Shown here piece by piece: positions 24,520-37,900 of a stretch of 64,000 nucleotides of DNA. The stretch lies in NCBI RefSeq assembly GCF_024521635.1, contig NW_026250404.1:1860001-1924000 (forward strand), written 5' to 3'. The notes beneath the pieces are model-generated. The model did not search any database and was not told the origin of the DNA. It saw only the letters and a program-made list of their open reading frames with translations. Numbering within the stretch: position 1 is the stretch's first letter; every line of letters begins with the position of its first letter. This DNA is from Tricharina praecox. Taxonomy: Eukaryota. The position numbers and the translations under genes were made by a program.

Positions 24520-25320
24520 AGTGCTCCTGATAGTCCAGTCCAGTCCTGACTGCATCAGTCCAGTCCCGTCCATAAAATTGGAGGACGGTTTGAGTTCAGT
24601 CCGTCCCAAAGTTTTCCCGCCTCGGACTGCAGTCGACTACAGTCGACTGACAGACTGCCACTTTCTGAAATTTGTGGGTCGAACTATTGGGCTAGCGGAC
24701 ATGACTCTCGCAACTTTCTAACGTATCATCTGTTCTCTTTTCGTAAAAGCGCCGTACATTACAACGTGTTGAGCATCGAGATATATATGGTGGAGGTTTT
24801 CTAGTAGGAACCGCCTCCATGCGATTCCATCGACAATGTGGTACAGTAATGGGCGGATCAATCACATGAACCTGGCTGGAAAGATCCCGCGAGAATGGCC
24901 CTCGAGTACCTATTTGAGCATTCCCGCCATGAGCGCAGAGACGGAACGAGGGTTTAGTGGGGCTAAAATCACACTCTCTCATCGCCGCTGCAGCATGGGT
25001 GACGACGCACTAGAGGCACTGGAATGTCTCAAAACTGGCAACGAGCTGGTCATGTAGCTGCTACAAAGGACGGTATCGAGGAGATGGAGACTATGCCCAA
25101 TGCTCTGTGCGACGAGGATTTGCAATAGCTGTCCTATAGCCGTGTACAAAAAGTTCATTACTGATTTCAAATATTTTCCGTTCAAAGTACCAGTCCATCC
25201 AGTCGACTGCAGTCCGTCCAGCCCTTCCGGTTGCGCAGACTGCCCAGTCCAGTCTACGCCTCCAGCCAGACTGAACCTATCAGTCCAGTCCGACATTTGC
25301 CGAAAGACGGACTGGACTGA
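24520..25320 (+). mobile_element. Internally deleted, decayed hAT-family DNA transposon
   Basis: hAT C-terminal dimerisation-domain remnant DNVVQ*WADQ...ARMALEY/LSIPAMSAETERGFSGAKITLSHRRCSMGDDALEALECLK at about 24823-25035, with a stop at 24847 and a frameshift near 24910. Both ends carry arrays of CAGTC/GACTG repeats (CAGTCCAGTCC left, GGACTGGACTG right). Confidence 0.8.
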
Positions 25321-27338
25321 TTGATTGATTGATTGATTGATTATTCATATAGCATGGAACCCTAAGGTTATGGCCGGTAGAGGTATCTACAATACAACAT
25401 TTTGACAAAGAAATTCCACAACCAAATCCATACAGAAGTGACAGCAAATCCCTTCGTCGTCGCAATATTCAAAACTGAGCCTCCGAAGAGGCTCGGTTTG
25501 TCGGTTTGTGCGCTGTAGCGGCGCGTCGTAGCCCTCCTCTTCTCCAAAAGGTACCTCCACTCGGTACTACCCTCAACATAACCAGTCTAGCGCACACGGC
25601 ATGATGCTCGAAAGGAATCGTCGTCTCGGGGTTTGCATAGCTATCAAGGCCGGGGCTCGATGAATAGCAGCGAAGAGATTTGGATCGAAGGCGGGGTTGG
25701 CAAAATGCCAGTCGTCGTGGTCAACGTGGTCCTGGGCCAAGCCCTGAGCTCTCCCCCTGGAGTTCACTCTCCTCCCCGCCGTCGCCGTATCGCCTGCTGA
25801 ACAGGCTCTACTAGAGTGATGAAATCGATGATGATGTGCGGGGAAGCGATGGTGAGACTTCTTCAGAGGTTCGGACGTAGTACCCGTGGTGGTGCAGTTC
25901 TCCGGTCAGGGACCGAGGCTCGATTGATCTCTATCGCTTCATGCTCATCGTCGTTGAATTCGTCGGTCGGAGCACTCAATCCGCGATCGGAAAGAGTGGA
26001 CACACACGCCACATGAATCCTGAAGCCAAAGTGAGCGGGGCATTTGGTGTGCCAACACATAGTCTTGGCATTTCTGGAAGGTTGGTGTGGTTGTCGGAGA
26101 GTGTGTATCGACGGACTGGACTGCACTAACTACCTATGGCAGGCACCGTCTAAGATATTGCACATTTGTCATATTGGTAATATGCGCCTCGAGAATCCTG
26201 TTTATCCTCATACTTGCTTCTGCTTCTCTCTGGTATGTCTAGCTGACCATCCGCTGTGTTTTGCGCACGAATCGAGCAACTGAAAAACATCACACTCATA
26301 TTTTCAACAGCAGCTGGGGAAGAATGCAGAGTGATATCTCAAGATGGCTAAAACGTCCGTAGTTGGCCAAGGCTCACTCGGACATAACTAGTAATGATGG
26401 GGAATAGACATCCGCACAAGCTCCTCGGCCGGCGTGCGCTGAAGCACATGACCATACTCCCGCCGCTTCGCACCGCGGTCGCCTCCCTGGCAGGCGATAG
26501 GGCTCGTGGGCTAACTGCGTGTTAGTACCAGCGTAGGCTGGGCCGGGGTACTATATCCAGTCCGATGCCCTGTATGCTCGGGAAGCGGGCCTTACTCCAC
26601 GCGATTGGAAGCAATAACGGGACCGAAGCTCTGAGCTCGAGTGAGAGTGGGAGCTTACACAACGTTCGGTTGACCTCGGTTCCGGAATAGAACAATCATA
26701 GTACTAGTATTCTTAGGACTGTGAGCCCAATAGCATTTGTCTATATAATTGTTTCTCTGGTAAGTTATTATTAGTTGGAAGGAAGAAGAAAGAAAAAGGT
26801 GTGAACACCTAAGCGAATGAGAAACCGAAGTGGTTTCGGATTGGACTTGGACTGGAATGGGTAAGTTGGGCCGGTGGTGGAGCCGCGGCAGCCGCGGTTT
26901 GGACGTCAGGTGAACACGAGGATCGAGACTATTATTTGCAATTCACTTTATAGGTCACCGTGGACTACTCCGAGAGAGTGAAAATATGATGAGCAAAAAA
27001 TAACACACAAAGTCCTCTCGTCAGCCCCGGAGGGTCTTCATTGCTGAAGCGTACCATATATCCGAGCAAGAGGAAAGCCAGACCAAAAGAAAGTTAGAAC
27101 AGACGAAAACCCTAGGTGAAGGACCGTAAGAAGAAACCAAGAACCGATGAGCAAAGACCCAAAACATACATACGCAGACCGAAGACCCGGGCATAAGCAA
27201 ATCAAGCTCCACCCAACCAAACCCGACGTGATACCTAAAAACGATGGTATGAAATGATGCAGCCGCCCAAAATTCCGTGAAATCGTAACGAAGAAAACGT
27301 GACCAACATCCATCTCACCCTTCCCCGCTCAATTTTCC

Positions 27339-29710
27339 TCAAGAATCCAAGTGATCACTGATCATGAGCTTTGACGTGAATTTGCCGCTGAGGCTGTCAC
27401 AGTCGTCCCTCGAATACTGTGCTGCCTGACGTAGCGCGAGGTATTGCTCTGATTCTTGCAGTTTAGCTCCACATCCGTCTTTTGCGAACAGGGGTGAGTT
27501 TACCGAGCTTGGGGGCTTGCTGGCTCATCGTCTTCAGGTACTCAACCGCTTCCTTCTCATGGCCGGTCACCTGGCTCGCCTGATTTTGATCCCAATCGGC
27601 CGCGAACGGGACGAATCCCCGGGAAACCGTGCGGAAATGCGATACAAGCATTTCCGCAAGGCGTGCGTTTTTCCCAATCAACATAGAGGGTGACGCTCCG
27701 AGGGGCCACAAGAAGGCCTTGCTTGGGTTGGATTGGGAATTCTTTATATTCTATACCCCAACGAAGATTAGCGACACTTTCGCAACAGGCTCTGGGGAGG
27801 GTACTAGCTGCGGATAAAACTTACCAGTTGGAGAAACCGTTCTTGTAGAGTAGGGCCATCGTGCTCCCAAGTGTTCAAGCCCCAAGTGTCTCGCTCAATA
27901 CTGCTGAGGTGCACGAAGATCGTCAAGAAAATTCCAAACCAATCGGTCGAGTTACGATCCAAGATATGATTTTGAAGTTCCGTCAGCAGTTCATTCTCCA
28001 TCGTAGCAACTCTGAGCTCAAGCTGGGCGTCTAGCTGCTGGTTGATCAACCGCGGGAGCGGGATGAAACCATGGAATTTCATTTCTGGGTCGTTGATTGG
28101 TTCCATCCCCAATGTGTTTACACCACAGATTCTCCATGAGCTGCGAAAGAAAAAAGTTTGCGCAACCCAAATACGTAATACCTTTTGGACTAGGACGCTC
28201 TATTTACTCTCATTGTAAGCTCCTGCTATACTATAATCCGGAAGTCCGGGCGGGGTACATACCAGGTTTTTGTTTCCTTGTGCGTATTCCTGGGCTGCTC
28301 TCATCGTGCTTGCGAATATCGGAACTTCATCGCTAGATGGCCTCAATTCATCGTTGATGAAAGATTGAACGTGCTTGTCGAGATATTCGTCGAAAGTTTC
28401 GGGCGATATCTCTTCCTTTATACCATAGCATGTCGAGGGAAGGCGAGTGAAATCTGGACTGCCAGAAACCCGCCATACAATATGCTGGAGCAATGTTTCA
28501 TCGTGGGGTACGAACTGATAAGCCTTCAGTTGAAGGCTTGGTGAGTATCCGTTGTGAACCTCAAAGATTTCTCCACCAAGGGGGACAGAGCCAGCCATTT
28601 CAACGTCCCAAATTCGAACGTTCTCGAGGAGTGATACAACCCTGCCCCGATATATCACTAGGAGATAATCGTTAGTACAGGAAGTGATCGGGCCCGGCCC
28701 TGAACTTCAATACCTCGATTGAAAACTGCTTTTTCCTTGAACTGCGCTGGAACGCAGATTGATTTCCATAGTTTTAAAGAGAGACATCGTTCGCATGGGA
28801 TGCCGCCACGGCACTAGTAGAACCAAACACCCGCTGTCAGATCACCAGCACGTTGAACGGACGGATCATAGAGAGCTTGCCTTCTCCTTATAGATTTTAC
28901 ACCTCAAACAGACACCGTGTTTGCGATTCCGTTTGATGGCTTGTCGCTCCAACTCGTCGGTGCGCCTCCTGCCTGACCCCTTTCCCGCCATCGGCTTATT
29001 GTTCTCCCTATTCCTGCTCCGCGTAGGTTTGGGATTCTCCGCTGGATTGGTGCCGGGTGGAACCAGAACAAAGCATCCAGGTTCGTCGAGTTCACATGTC
29101 GTCAGGGCCTCTCTATCACTGCCGTAGGTGCTGGATGACGGTGAGTGCTGGGGGCTGGATATAGGTGGGCTTTCACCATCGGCGGACGGCGGTGAGAGGT
29201 TATCGAACCTCGAGAACTGAGAGGGGAATTCATGGGGCAATGGTGGGCCAAAAGCGGTCGGCAGGGGTAGTGACGGCAATTGTTGATTACGATCCCGATC
29301 ACCCTTGATGATCGTAGGATCGATGTTGTGGGACCGCCCACGATGGGATAACACTTCTGCAGAGTATCTGCATCAGTAAGGTAGGATGGTGTGTGATGAA
29401 GTGGTCATGTAGTACCGTGATGATCTGGAGCTGATAATCCTTCAATTGTCGGAAGGGAGCTGCGAGGTGCTAGATTTACCCCAGTGCCGGGATTTAGAGG
29501 CTGTTACAAGTCAACCCAATGCAGTGAACCCCAACCTAGCTCTCGTCGGCCATAGGATTGGTTGAGGATAGGCAGACAGAACGAGAGCTCGAAGAACGGA
29601 CGCATGGCACTCACCCGACTCGTTGCCGTGTAAGCAGGTTCGGCGGTTAGAAAAGTAGAAGTGTAACTTCCAGAAGGCTGATTGAGGAAATCTGGCGCGG
29701 AACCTCGCCG
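27339..29710 (-). CDS. Zn(II)2Cys6 transcription factor, multi-exon; 5' end unresolved (may extend to about 30.0-30.1 kb)
   Basis: Splicing out 28814-28880 gives CLRCKIYKEK|CRGGIPCERCLSLKLWKSIC, a full six-Cys binuclear cluster. Downstream exons splice in frame (intron 28658-28713 and others) and give ...VLRIWVAQ...WRICGVNTLGMEPINDP...IPLPRLINQQLD.... Stop TGA at 27339-27341. Confidence 0.85.
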
Positions 29711-32700
29711 TTCTGTGCGTAAGAGAAGAGGTATGTCTCAGCAGCTGAACTAAAGATCCCACGAACACGACAGCATGCGAGAACTAGAAGCCCCAAGCAT
29801 CTATCGACACGAGACCGGTGGCATTGCAGCACCAGAACTCCATCATATGCGACATGGTTCTGCACGCGTTCTCGCATGTTCGTGGCAGGCGATCGCGGGG
29901 AAGGACGAAGAGCTACCTTGGGCACTGTAATGGCAGCCGTGATGGTAGAGCTGAGGACTGGGAGTCCGGTTCTGGCTCCATCGATGCCTGCAAAGGTCGA
30001 TTCTGTATCAGTATGGGCTCTTGTAGTACAGGTCCCGTAGAACCCGATAAGCATGCTGCACAGACGCGGACGCAATCTCGAACTGTTACTTCCGTACCAT
30101 TCATTACTACTCTGCTCCCCCTGCTCCGGGTGTTGTTGCCCCCGCAGAGGGTGGGATTCTGCGGTGGAGTGTCGGCTGGTTACAGTTAATAAACCCCTTC
30201 TCCTTTCATCGTGAAATAACAACCGGCAGTCGTCGTGGAGACGTACCGTGCCATGGTCAGCAGGTAGGAGGTATGCTTTGGTGATGGGAGTAGGCGAAGG
30301 CGAAGGCAATTTTGGTGAGACGCGCTGTATGATTCCGGTGTCGAGGCAGTTCAGTTGCTGAGAAAGAGCTCCCTGTGAGGGCCAAGTTCCGTGAGTTTGC
30401 ACTGGTGAAGGGCGTATATCTTGATGCTTTTAGAGAAGAATGGCGGCTACTTACCAGTGCAAGACTTCAGCAGTCATAAACATTCTGTGTGCGCACAGAG
30501 AGACAAACCCGAGGAATTGGCGATTCGCTAGGGACATTTGGACAGGCATGAGGAGGAGAGGAAGAAGAGGGGCCACACAGCGCAATTGGTTGCACCTACC
30601 TTTGTTGACATGCATGGCCGGTTGCGAGCTTTTGCGACTTGTACCCATTCGTCGCCGGTCGATGCCTGGTCGATGCCTGGTCGTTCGGGTTTTGGAGGAC
30701 AAAATCCCGACCGCCGCCGACTCCGCCGACTCCCACTCCGCTACATACTTCTCCGGGAAAATGGATTTATTTGTGAGCCATGCAATGTCTTTCTTCTGGA
30801 TGGCCACACGCGGAGGGACTTGCTGGCAAAGCCGTGGCCTGGTTCTGGAGCTGTCTCATTGTGAGGATATCAATGTCTCAGGTTCGGACGCTCGACTCAC
30901 GCACATGTGGAATCAGCACGGATGCCGGCTTCCTGTTGGTTCGCGAGACAACCAGAGGGCCAGCCATCAACGTCCAAGAAATCAGCATGCCATACATCTC
31001 GGTTGCCGCCATTTATGTGTGTGGGCAAAATAAGTAATTATTCCAGAAACCTCGTGCATCTCTCGCTAGGAGCGTGTGAGGGGAAAACGAAACGGAAGCG
31101 GCAGAGACTTCGATTCGCATGCCGAGCAGCGCCACTCGATTCCAAGTTACGAAATATTGTATCACATTATTCCTTCAGCCGAACACTCTGTTCTCCAGAC
31201 CAACTTAACTCTGGTCCTGTTCGGAATTCAAGGACAATGCTGGCTCCACTGCTGTTGATAAATGTGCAGGAAAACGGACTACGTAGTAGCTAGAGTACCG
31301 AGCTGATTAGATAGTACGCGTGTACCAGCTCATCTCCAACTGTGCCGAAGCTGCGTTAGCCGATGGAACCATAGTAAGCCGAAACCACCTTGAGAACTGC
31401 GCGGAAAACCAACACCCAGGAGCGAACACCGCGCACGAGTGAGTTCGTATGTATCTGTGTCCGCTAACGACAGAGAGTCCAAGCTTACTACAGCATAGCG
31501 GCATAGCCGACGGTGTGTGCTGAACTGAGATCCTTTGCTTGCGGCTCATATTGTGGTACGATGTGCAGATGAGAGCGATGTGATGCGTTCATGAACATAT
31601 GCCATGGATGCGGGGCACGCTGGGTATGTGACATCGAAGATACGGTCTACGCCGGTTCCCCCCACCTATTCCCCACTATGAGATTCGTCCACAGGAGGAC
31701 TGTCACCAATCACTGATTCCAATCCAGGAGACCTCACAGGCCACACCCCGATCCGCTCCCATCAGCTGCAGGGTGTTCGAGTGCATCGCGGGCTGACAAA
31801 CGACATGTGCAGGCCCGCGATTAGGCAGAGGGATTTCGGTCCGCCCGGCAACGTACGGAATTATGCACTGTCGCTGTGCAGAAGCCACACATATCTACGC
31901 GCATCTGTATGCAGTTCGGAGGCCGATGATTGGCGGTCGTCCTCCGCTTGCAGGAGTCAAGACGAGATACCCACTTAGACGTGGAGCTAGTCCTCGAGAT
32001 CCCCGGATTCAAATGAGCGGTAAAAAACGGCCGTCATAAAGACTGGCCACCGAAGCAGCGATCAATATCATTCTTTGACACAATTGTACCGACACCGCGG
32101 GACAGGGTCTGGTATGATGTATCGGAAGGGCAGATACGGGCCGTTGGGCTCTAATTCTTCCTCTAGCTGCCTGTTCCGGCGTTACCGTAGGACGACGAGC
32201 TTTTTGTGGTATGAAAGGCGAGATAATTGTGATAATCCTACTCAAGGCACATCAACGCACAATATCGCTAGATGCCTTCGTCCGCGTTTGTCGCCATAAT
32301 GACTCAACGCAAAGAAACGGCTAATAGGTGTCTCTGATCAAACACGTGGCCTGTCATTGATATCCCCTGCCGTGAGTCTTGCCTGATGAGTTGTCTTTCC
32401 GTGACTTGATGCCGCCGCTTTAGCATATGTGGTACAAGTTACTGAATGCAAAAGCGCAAGCCAATATGCTAACTACTCGTGCATCAGGATTTGGATTTCG
32501 ACTTGCGCTGCATTAAATACGAAGGTAGACGCAGGTGTCCAATGGATTCTGTGGCTCATATATCTGCAAAACACAAAAAGTAGATATACCAAGAAATCGG
32601 ACATCATATGAGACCGCTTGTGCCTCGTTGCAAGTCAGACATCAATGAGAATTCCATGCGCGTCTGCGGTAGGCCAGCTTTCGTTTGATATAATAGGCAC

Positions 32701-34173
32701 TACAACGGTGGGATTCAGCTCGTAGTCGTCTGTATACGCGCCGAGTCTGCAGTCTGCAGTGTGGACTGTGCTTTATAGTTCAATGGGATATTCATAACCT
32801 TATCGTTTCGGTACTGGAGACTTAACCAACGAAGGGCTTCCGCTCACTTAGGTTCACCGACAATGTCCTTCTAGCTGGGCGAGAAAACGGATGGACGGGC
32901 ATGGTTAGACTACCCTAGCCATAGTAGTTGCGCGTTGTTGGTATCAACGAGGTGTGGGCGCGATAATCGTCGAGCGAAAACGGTTATGAAGCTTTTCAGC
33001 CACTACCGTATATGTCCCACCATAATTACAGCCACGGGGAAGCAAAATTTCGGGAGAGGGGGGGAAGGTTTGAAAGGACTGGATGGAATGTAACTTTTGC
33101 ATTTTGGGTTCACGGGATTCTTCCAGACGAACCCGGGACAGTTCCGGAACCTTTCCCACCAGTGATTCTGTGGACGGCGGGAATGTCGAAAAAGAGCGAA
33201 CTATCTTGGAGCCCGAGTATAGTATGCGGAGAACCGGCCGGGATCAAGAGTGCAGGAGGCTTCTGGTCTCGACAAACTATTTTTCGTTGTGTGTATGCTC
33301 ATTGACTAAACACCTTAGGATTATCCGGGATCCCGCAATACTCCGCCAGCTATGGGACGATGACTCAAAGAGGCGAGACTGGATGGTTGTGATCGGTCCC
33401 GCTGTTTCCACTCACTAATAGCTGTGGTTCACGGATCAAGGCACTGTGAAATGTATTCAGTGCCAGTTTAAAGCAGCCGAGTGCAACACATGGCCAACAG
33501 GATTATTCTCCGCGCATCTGACCGTATGCTTGCGGAACATCAGAAAGGCAATATTGCACTCCAGCTTCGGTTTCATTGGTCATGGGACATGGCGGCTGTT
33601 TGCAGACGGAGCTCAAACCGGCCTTGGCTCTTTATCTGAAGGAAAACGCTTTGCAAGGCTCTACTTGACCGCCTCTGCCGCATCCGGAGCTGTGGGTGAC
33701 TAGCGATTTCACCTGGATCACTGCGTGGGCTGTTAGAAAGGTGGATGGCTATTGCCTGAACTGCTGACGATAAGCTACTGCAGTGCCATGACGATGCTTT
33801 GTTTGGTTTGGTATATTTTTGACGGGATATGTGGGGCTATACCCAGGCAAGGCTCGTTTAGCAATTGGGCTCTTCAGGTGGCAGGGGGCAATATACGAGA
33901 ATGTTGATAGCTCGCATGAATGGGAAGTTGAGTGAACCATTAGGGCTTGCCCTGGCTCACCAAAATAGGTGTGTAGTGATGGACTATGGTCCGAGAAGCA
34001 CGTGCACGCGGGGGCGGTTGCTGACTCTGCCCATGCGATGTTTCCATATCCGAACTAAGTAGACTAGGACATTCAGAGCATCTTTGAGAACATCACTGAA
34101 TTTTGAAATAAATATGCTCCTCGCCTCGATGCAATCTGCCTGGATTTCTAGATCTAAAACTCTAGTCTACAAT

Positions 34174-34947
34174 TTATTTGCATTTAATGCAAACCCAACA
34201 GACCCTCGCATTCATCAACTCGGAATCATCCATCCTCTCGTGACATCCGAACGTCCATGCTGTCTCAGTCGATATGCCCTGGTCAGAGTCGCCATCGTTG
34301 ACTGTCATCGGCATTGTCACGCTGACCCTTCCAACCGTCCTTTCCACCTCGCGCAGCCCCGGAAAGCCACCGACAGCATCAAAGAGCGTCAGGCCCAACA
34401 AACCATCCAGTCCGCGATGAGCCACAAAATCGTAGAACTCGCGCACGAATGCCTTGGGGAACTCTAGTTCCGGAGACTCGGTGGTAGGAGTCGGAGAGGG
34501 AGCTGTAGGAGCCAGAAATTGGAATTCTGTGGGGTGCAGCTTGCCATCAAAGAAGGCCCAGCTCCGCGGTACAATACGCCCACCAAAAATGTTTGTTTTG
34601 CTGCCGACCGACCACGGTGTGGCTACCCCGCGGTATTCTATTAGTCGCTCGTCGAGAGATAACGAAAAGTGCCGATGCAGCATTATGAGCCCGATTTTGG
34701 TGTGTACGCCATAACGATGGAAGATTTCTCTACAATTTTTGACACCAGCGACTAGTGAGAATCGATGTTGCGGATTTGGAAAAGAGCGAACGAAGGGTAG
34801 TCCGAAGGGATGGGGACAAACCTACCTCAGGTGAGAGACTTCCGCCTTCTCTATCCGGCCCTTAGTCATGGCTCGATGGGCGTCCTCAAAGAGGGGGAGC
34901 TTGTTGAACAAGTCGGGTACGTAATCGGCTGGAGGGTATCGAGACAT
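34174..34947 (-). CDS. Uncharacterised fungal protein with GLIMLHRHF motif and C-terminal CxxCxxC tail; exons 34947-34826 and 34729-34174; 225 aa
   Basis: The ATG is in good context (CACAATG) and a GT-AG intron (34730-34825) joins MSRYPPADYVPDLFNKLPLFEDA...LR|EIFHRYGVHTKIGLIMLHRHFSLSLDERLIEYRGVATPW...ETAWTF...RVCWVCIKCK*. It resembles a widespread hypothetical-protein family I recall, with no known function. Confidence 0.8.
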
Positions 34948-37900
34948 TGTGGGTTTCGTCGTTGAGCGGCTACTTTGAGAGATCGTTACGCGTTCTTAAC
35001 GAAAAACTGAGGCTGATGATCGAAAAAGGGTGTGGGAGAAGGAGGGTCTGGACGTTTGTTATCTGGGGACTGAGAGGGAGCGCTCGGCACTGTTGTCTGG
35101 TTGTTGAAGGCTGGCTTTTGAAATACTCGCCGGTCAGCATTTCTCGCCCGTGGGTCCATCAGCTTGTGGGTATCTAGTTCTACGTGCTTGGCCCTCCTCT
35201 TCAGGAAACTAGCAGTCACAAAGGCATCGACAGCGAGAACGGTTCGGACCAGCCATCATAGGGGCTGGGGCAAATGGGTGGGGGTCATGAGAACCGGTAG
35301 GTGGTGTATGGAGGGAATAGCTCGCCCGAGGATAATTTCGCGTCGTAAGTGAAAAGCTGATGCGACGTGGGTGATAGTGCTTCGTCTTTTCAAATCTGTT
35401 GTTCACCAAACGACCGCGGGAGGATTTAATTTGCTTGGAAACTTCGATCTGGGGAGAACTGCGAATGGCCGGCCGTCCGAGGATCTATGTTCCGCCTACA
35501 CTATCAATTTGCAAGTAAAGTATTGGATGATTCTTTCGGATATATGACTGGTGGAGTCCTGTTGTTGCAGGTCAAAGCCCCTTAGTAGGGTTGAAGGATG
35601 CCGAGAAGAGGGGAGGAGGATCGAGACCGGCCATCGATTGGGCAGCTGGCAGCAAGAAAGTAATTCCCAACGCCGGATCCATGTATTCACGGCGCTAGGA
35701 ACCCACCATGGCGATACCAGGCTTCCATGGTCGACGCTGTAGGGGAATATCGGAGATCAGCTGAAAGCTGCGGGTGTGGGGGGGAGCGCCGAGCTTAGAT
35801 GAGAGAGGGGAAAGGAGAGCGGGGGAGGGAAGTAGGGGAAAGGAGAGCGGGAGAGGAGGGGAATGAGGCAGGGAGGGAGGCAGTGGTGCAACATCAAGCG
35901 CACTTCCAATGGTCCCTTTGGGCCAGAGTCCGGGTCGGAGATAAATGCTAAGGATGGTTGGGAGAAATGTGAAAACGGCGATAACACCGAGATTTCCCGG
36001 ATACGCAAAGCAGACAGAGCTGCTATTACGCTTCCTTACGCTCGAAGAATGCGCGGTACAGCTAGACAGTTTCTATCGTCTGAGGCGCCCGATACCTGTT
36101 GAGCCCCCAAAACCGCGGGCTGTTGGATCACGAGACCGTTCATACGGAATAAGTTCTTGAACTCTGGTGGCCGGCTTCAACACCAGGACACCAGGACAGA
36201 CTCGCAACTCCTAGATGGCATCCTCTATGCAGAGCTCCCAGATCAGGCAGAGCAGGCGAGGGAAAGGCAACCGTCGATCTCCCGTGGTGGAGAAGTGACA
36301 AAAACAACAAAATCCACCCCCGCTAAAGCAGCTGGTAAGAAAGTGACGGCGATCAATGATACGGCCTGTGTATTCTATTGCGCCGATTGGACCCTTGGTG
36401 GGCCGACGCTACACCTTGTGCTCCAGAGTCCAGATATTTTAGATATCGATGGAGTTGACCAATGAAGGGGGGAGCCGGACCGGAGTGGTAAACGAATAGC
36501 GTTTGTGCCGTGGCCTCTGACGCCTCTTGGGGAATCATCAACACTGAGATAATAAGGCACCTGTCACGGCCAGGGGAGCACATTGTACGATACTTACGTA
36601 GGTATTTCATTTTGCTGTAAGACCAAGTCCGTCGAGCGAAATTTTCAGCGACTGTAAGAGTTGCTCCACCAGAGAAGGCTGCCGAACTATAAGCTACATC
36701 TACAAGTAACACCCTTTGACCAGTGAGTTGTATGATTTTATGTGGAGGTCATCCCAGCCCATTTCGAGTGACCAGGCGTGGGGCAATACAAGTATCCCAT
36801 ACCTAGCTGTCCTTATTCCCGGTGCCCCCCTCCCCTTGCTGAAATTATACTGCAGATTCTGCTCGGTATGTGTATTTCAGTGCAGCTTCCGGCTCGCGGA
36901 GTTTGGCTGTAGACTTCAATCGGTTGCTTGTTGGAGGTTCGGGTGCTCTCCTGGATTGGTCGCGAGGAAAAATTCGACCTTGAGCCTTCAGCCTTATGTA
37001 TTTTCATCTTCCCCTTCCCTTCCTCTTTCCGCTCCTATTCTTCCTTCTCTTCATCCTCCTCCTCCTTCTTCGCCTTCCCCTTTTCATTCTCGTTCTCGTT
37101 CTCGTTCTCGTTCCACTTCTTCACAACGGACGGATACCGAGTATTGTTTCAGCGTGCTGATTGAGATGGAGTTGAGTTTGAGGCTCTGGGATGCATCATG
37201 AGTGGCCTTTTTCAGCTTTGGTACATACGTTCCAATATGATATCAAGGTGTCTCGATTTACTGCCGAATCAGACGAATCTCTTCGTTTGGCGACCGAAAT
37301 TCACTCAGTCTTAGCATTGGCAAGACAATTGAAACCTACACGCAAGCCACACTGAATGACGGTAGGTATGATGACCTACGGCTGACAGACTAGGTAAATT
37401 AGTGTGTTATTGAAGCCACTGGACGAAGGGGATGAGATTCTTGCCGGCCATGGGCCTCCCCGTTACAGCAGCTCTTGCCGGTCCGCTCACCCAATGTGTG
37501 AAGACGAACCAACGATGACAACATGTGGCGGATGGACGTGTCTGCATTACATACGGTATCTACCGTGATTTTTTTTTGGTGTGGGTATATCGCTTTCTCT
37601 TGAGGTAGGCACTTACTACACACAAGAAGCCGAGGTCTGATTCCACTTTGCCCGCAATTTACAAGGTGGGGTGTATGGTAATGGTGTTGGTATGCAGTTT
37701 GGGGGCAATAAGACGAGTCGCAGCCTGTATATTTGTGATAGCCTTATGCGGCGGTAGAGTACGTAACAGAAACCCAAGATGACCAGGATACAGAATTTGG
37801 CGTATTCGCGCTTCAGAGGGCACCGGCGGAGGACGCGTCAAACGTCGTCTCTCTCGGTAGTTGTTCAATCGAGCGCATGGGCTAGCATTCGGTTGCAGCT

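Noticed and set aside
24530..25320. Recurrent CAGTC/GACTG units as a CRISPR-like array
   Set aside because: Irregular spacing, 5-bp units and a eukaryotic context; better explained as hAT subterminal repeats.
25560..26130. Minus-strand frame with CWHTKC...IHVACV resembling a PHD-finger fragment
   Set aside because: The Cys/His pattern is incomplete, stops interrupt it, and no consistent gene model can be built; at most a pseudogene trace.
28100..28135. Apparent frameshift in the Zn2Cys6 gene
   Set aside because: Careful reading gives a continuous frame (WRICGVNTLGMEP); the ORF track simply starts at an internal TTG.
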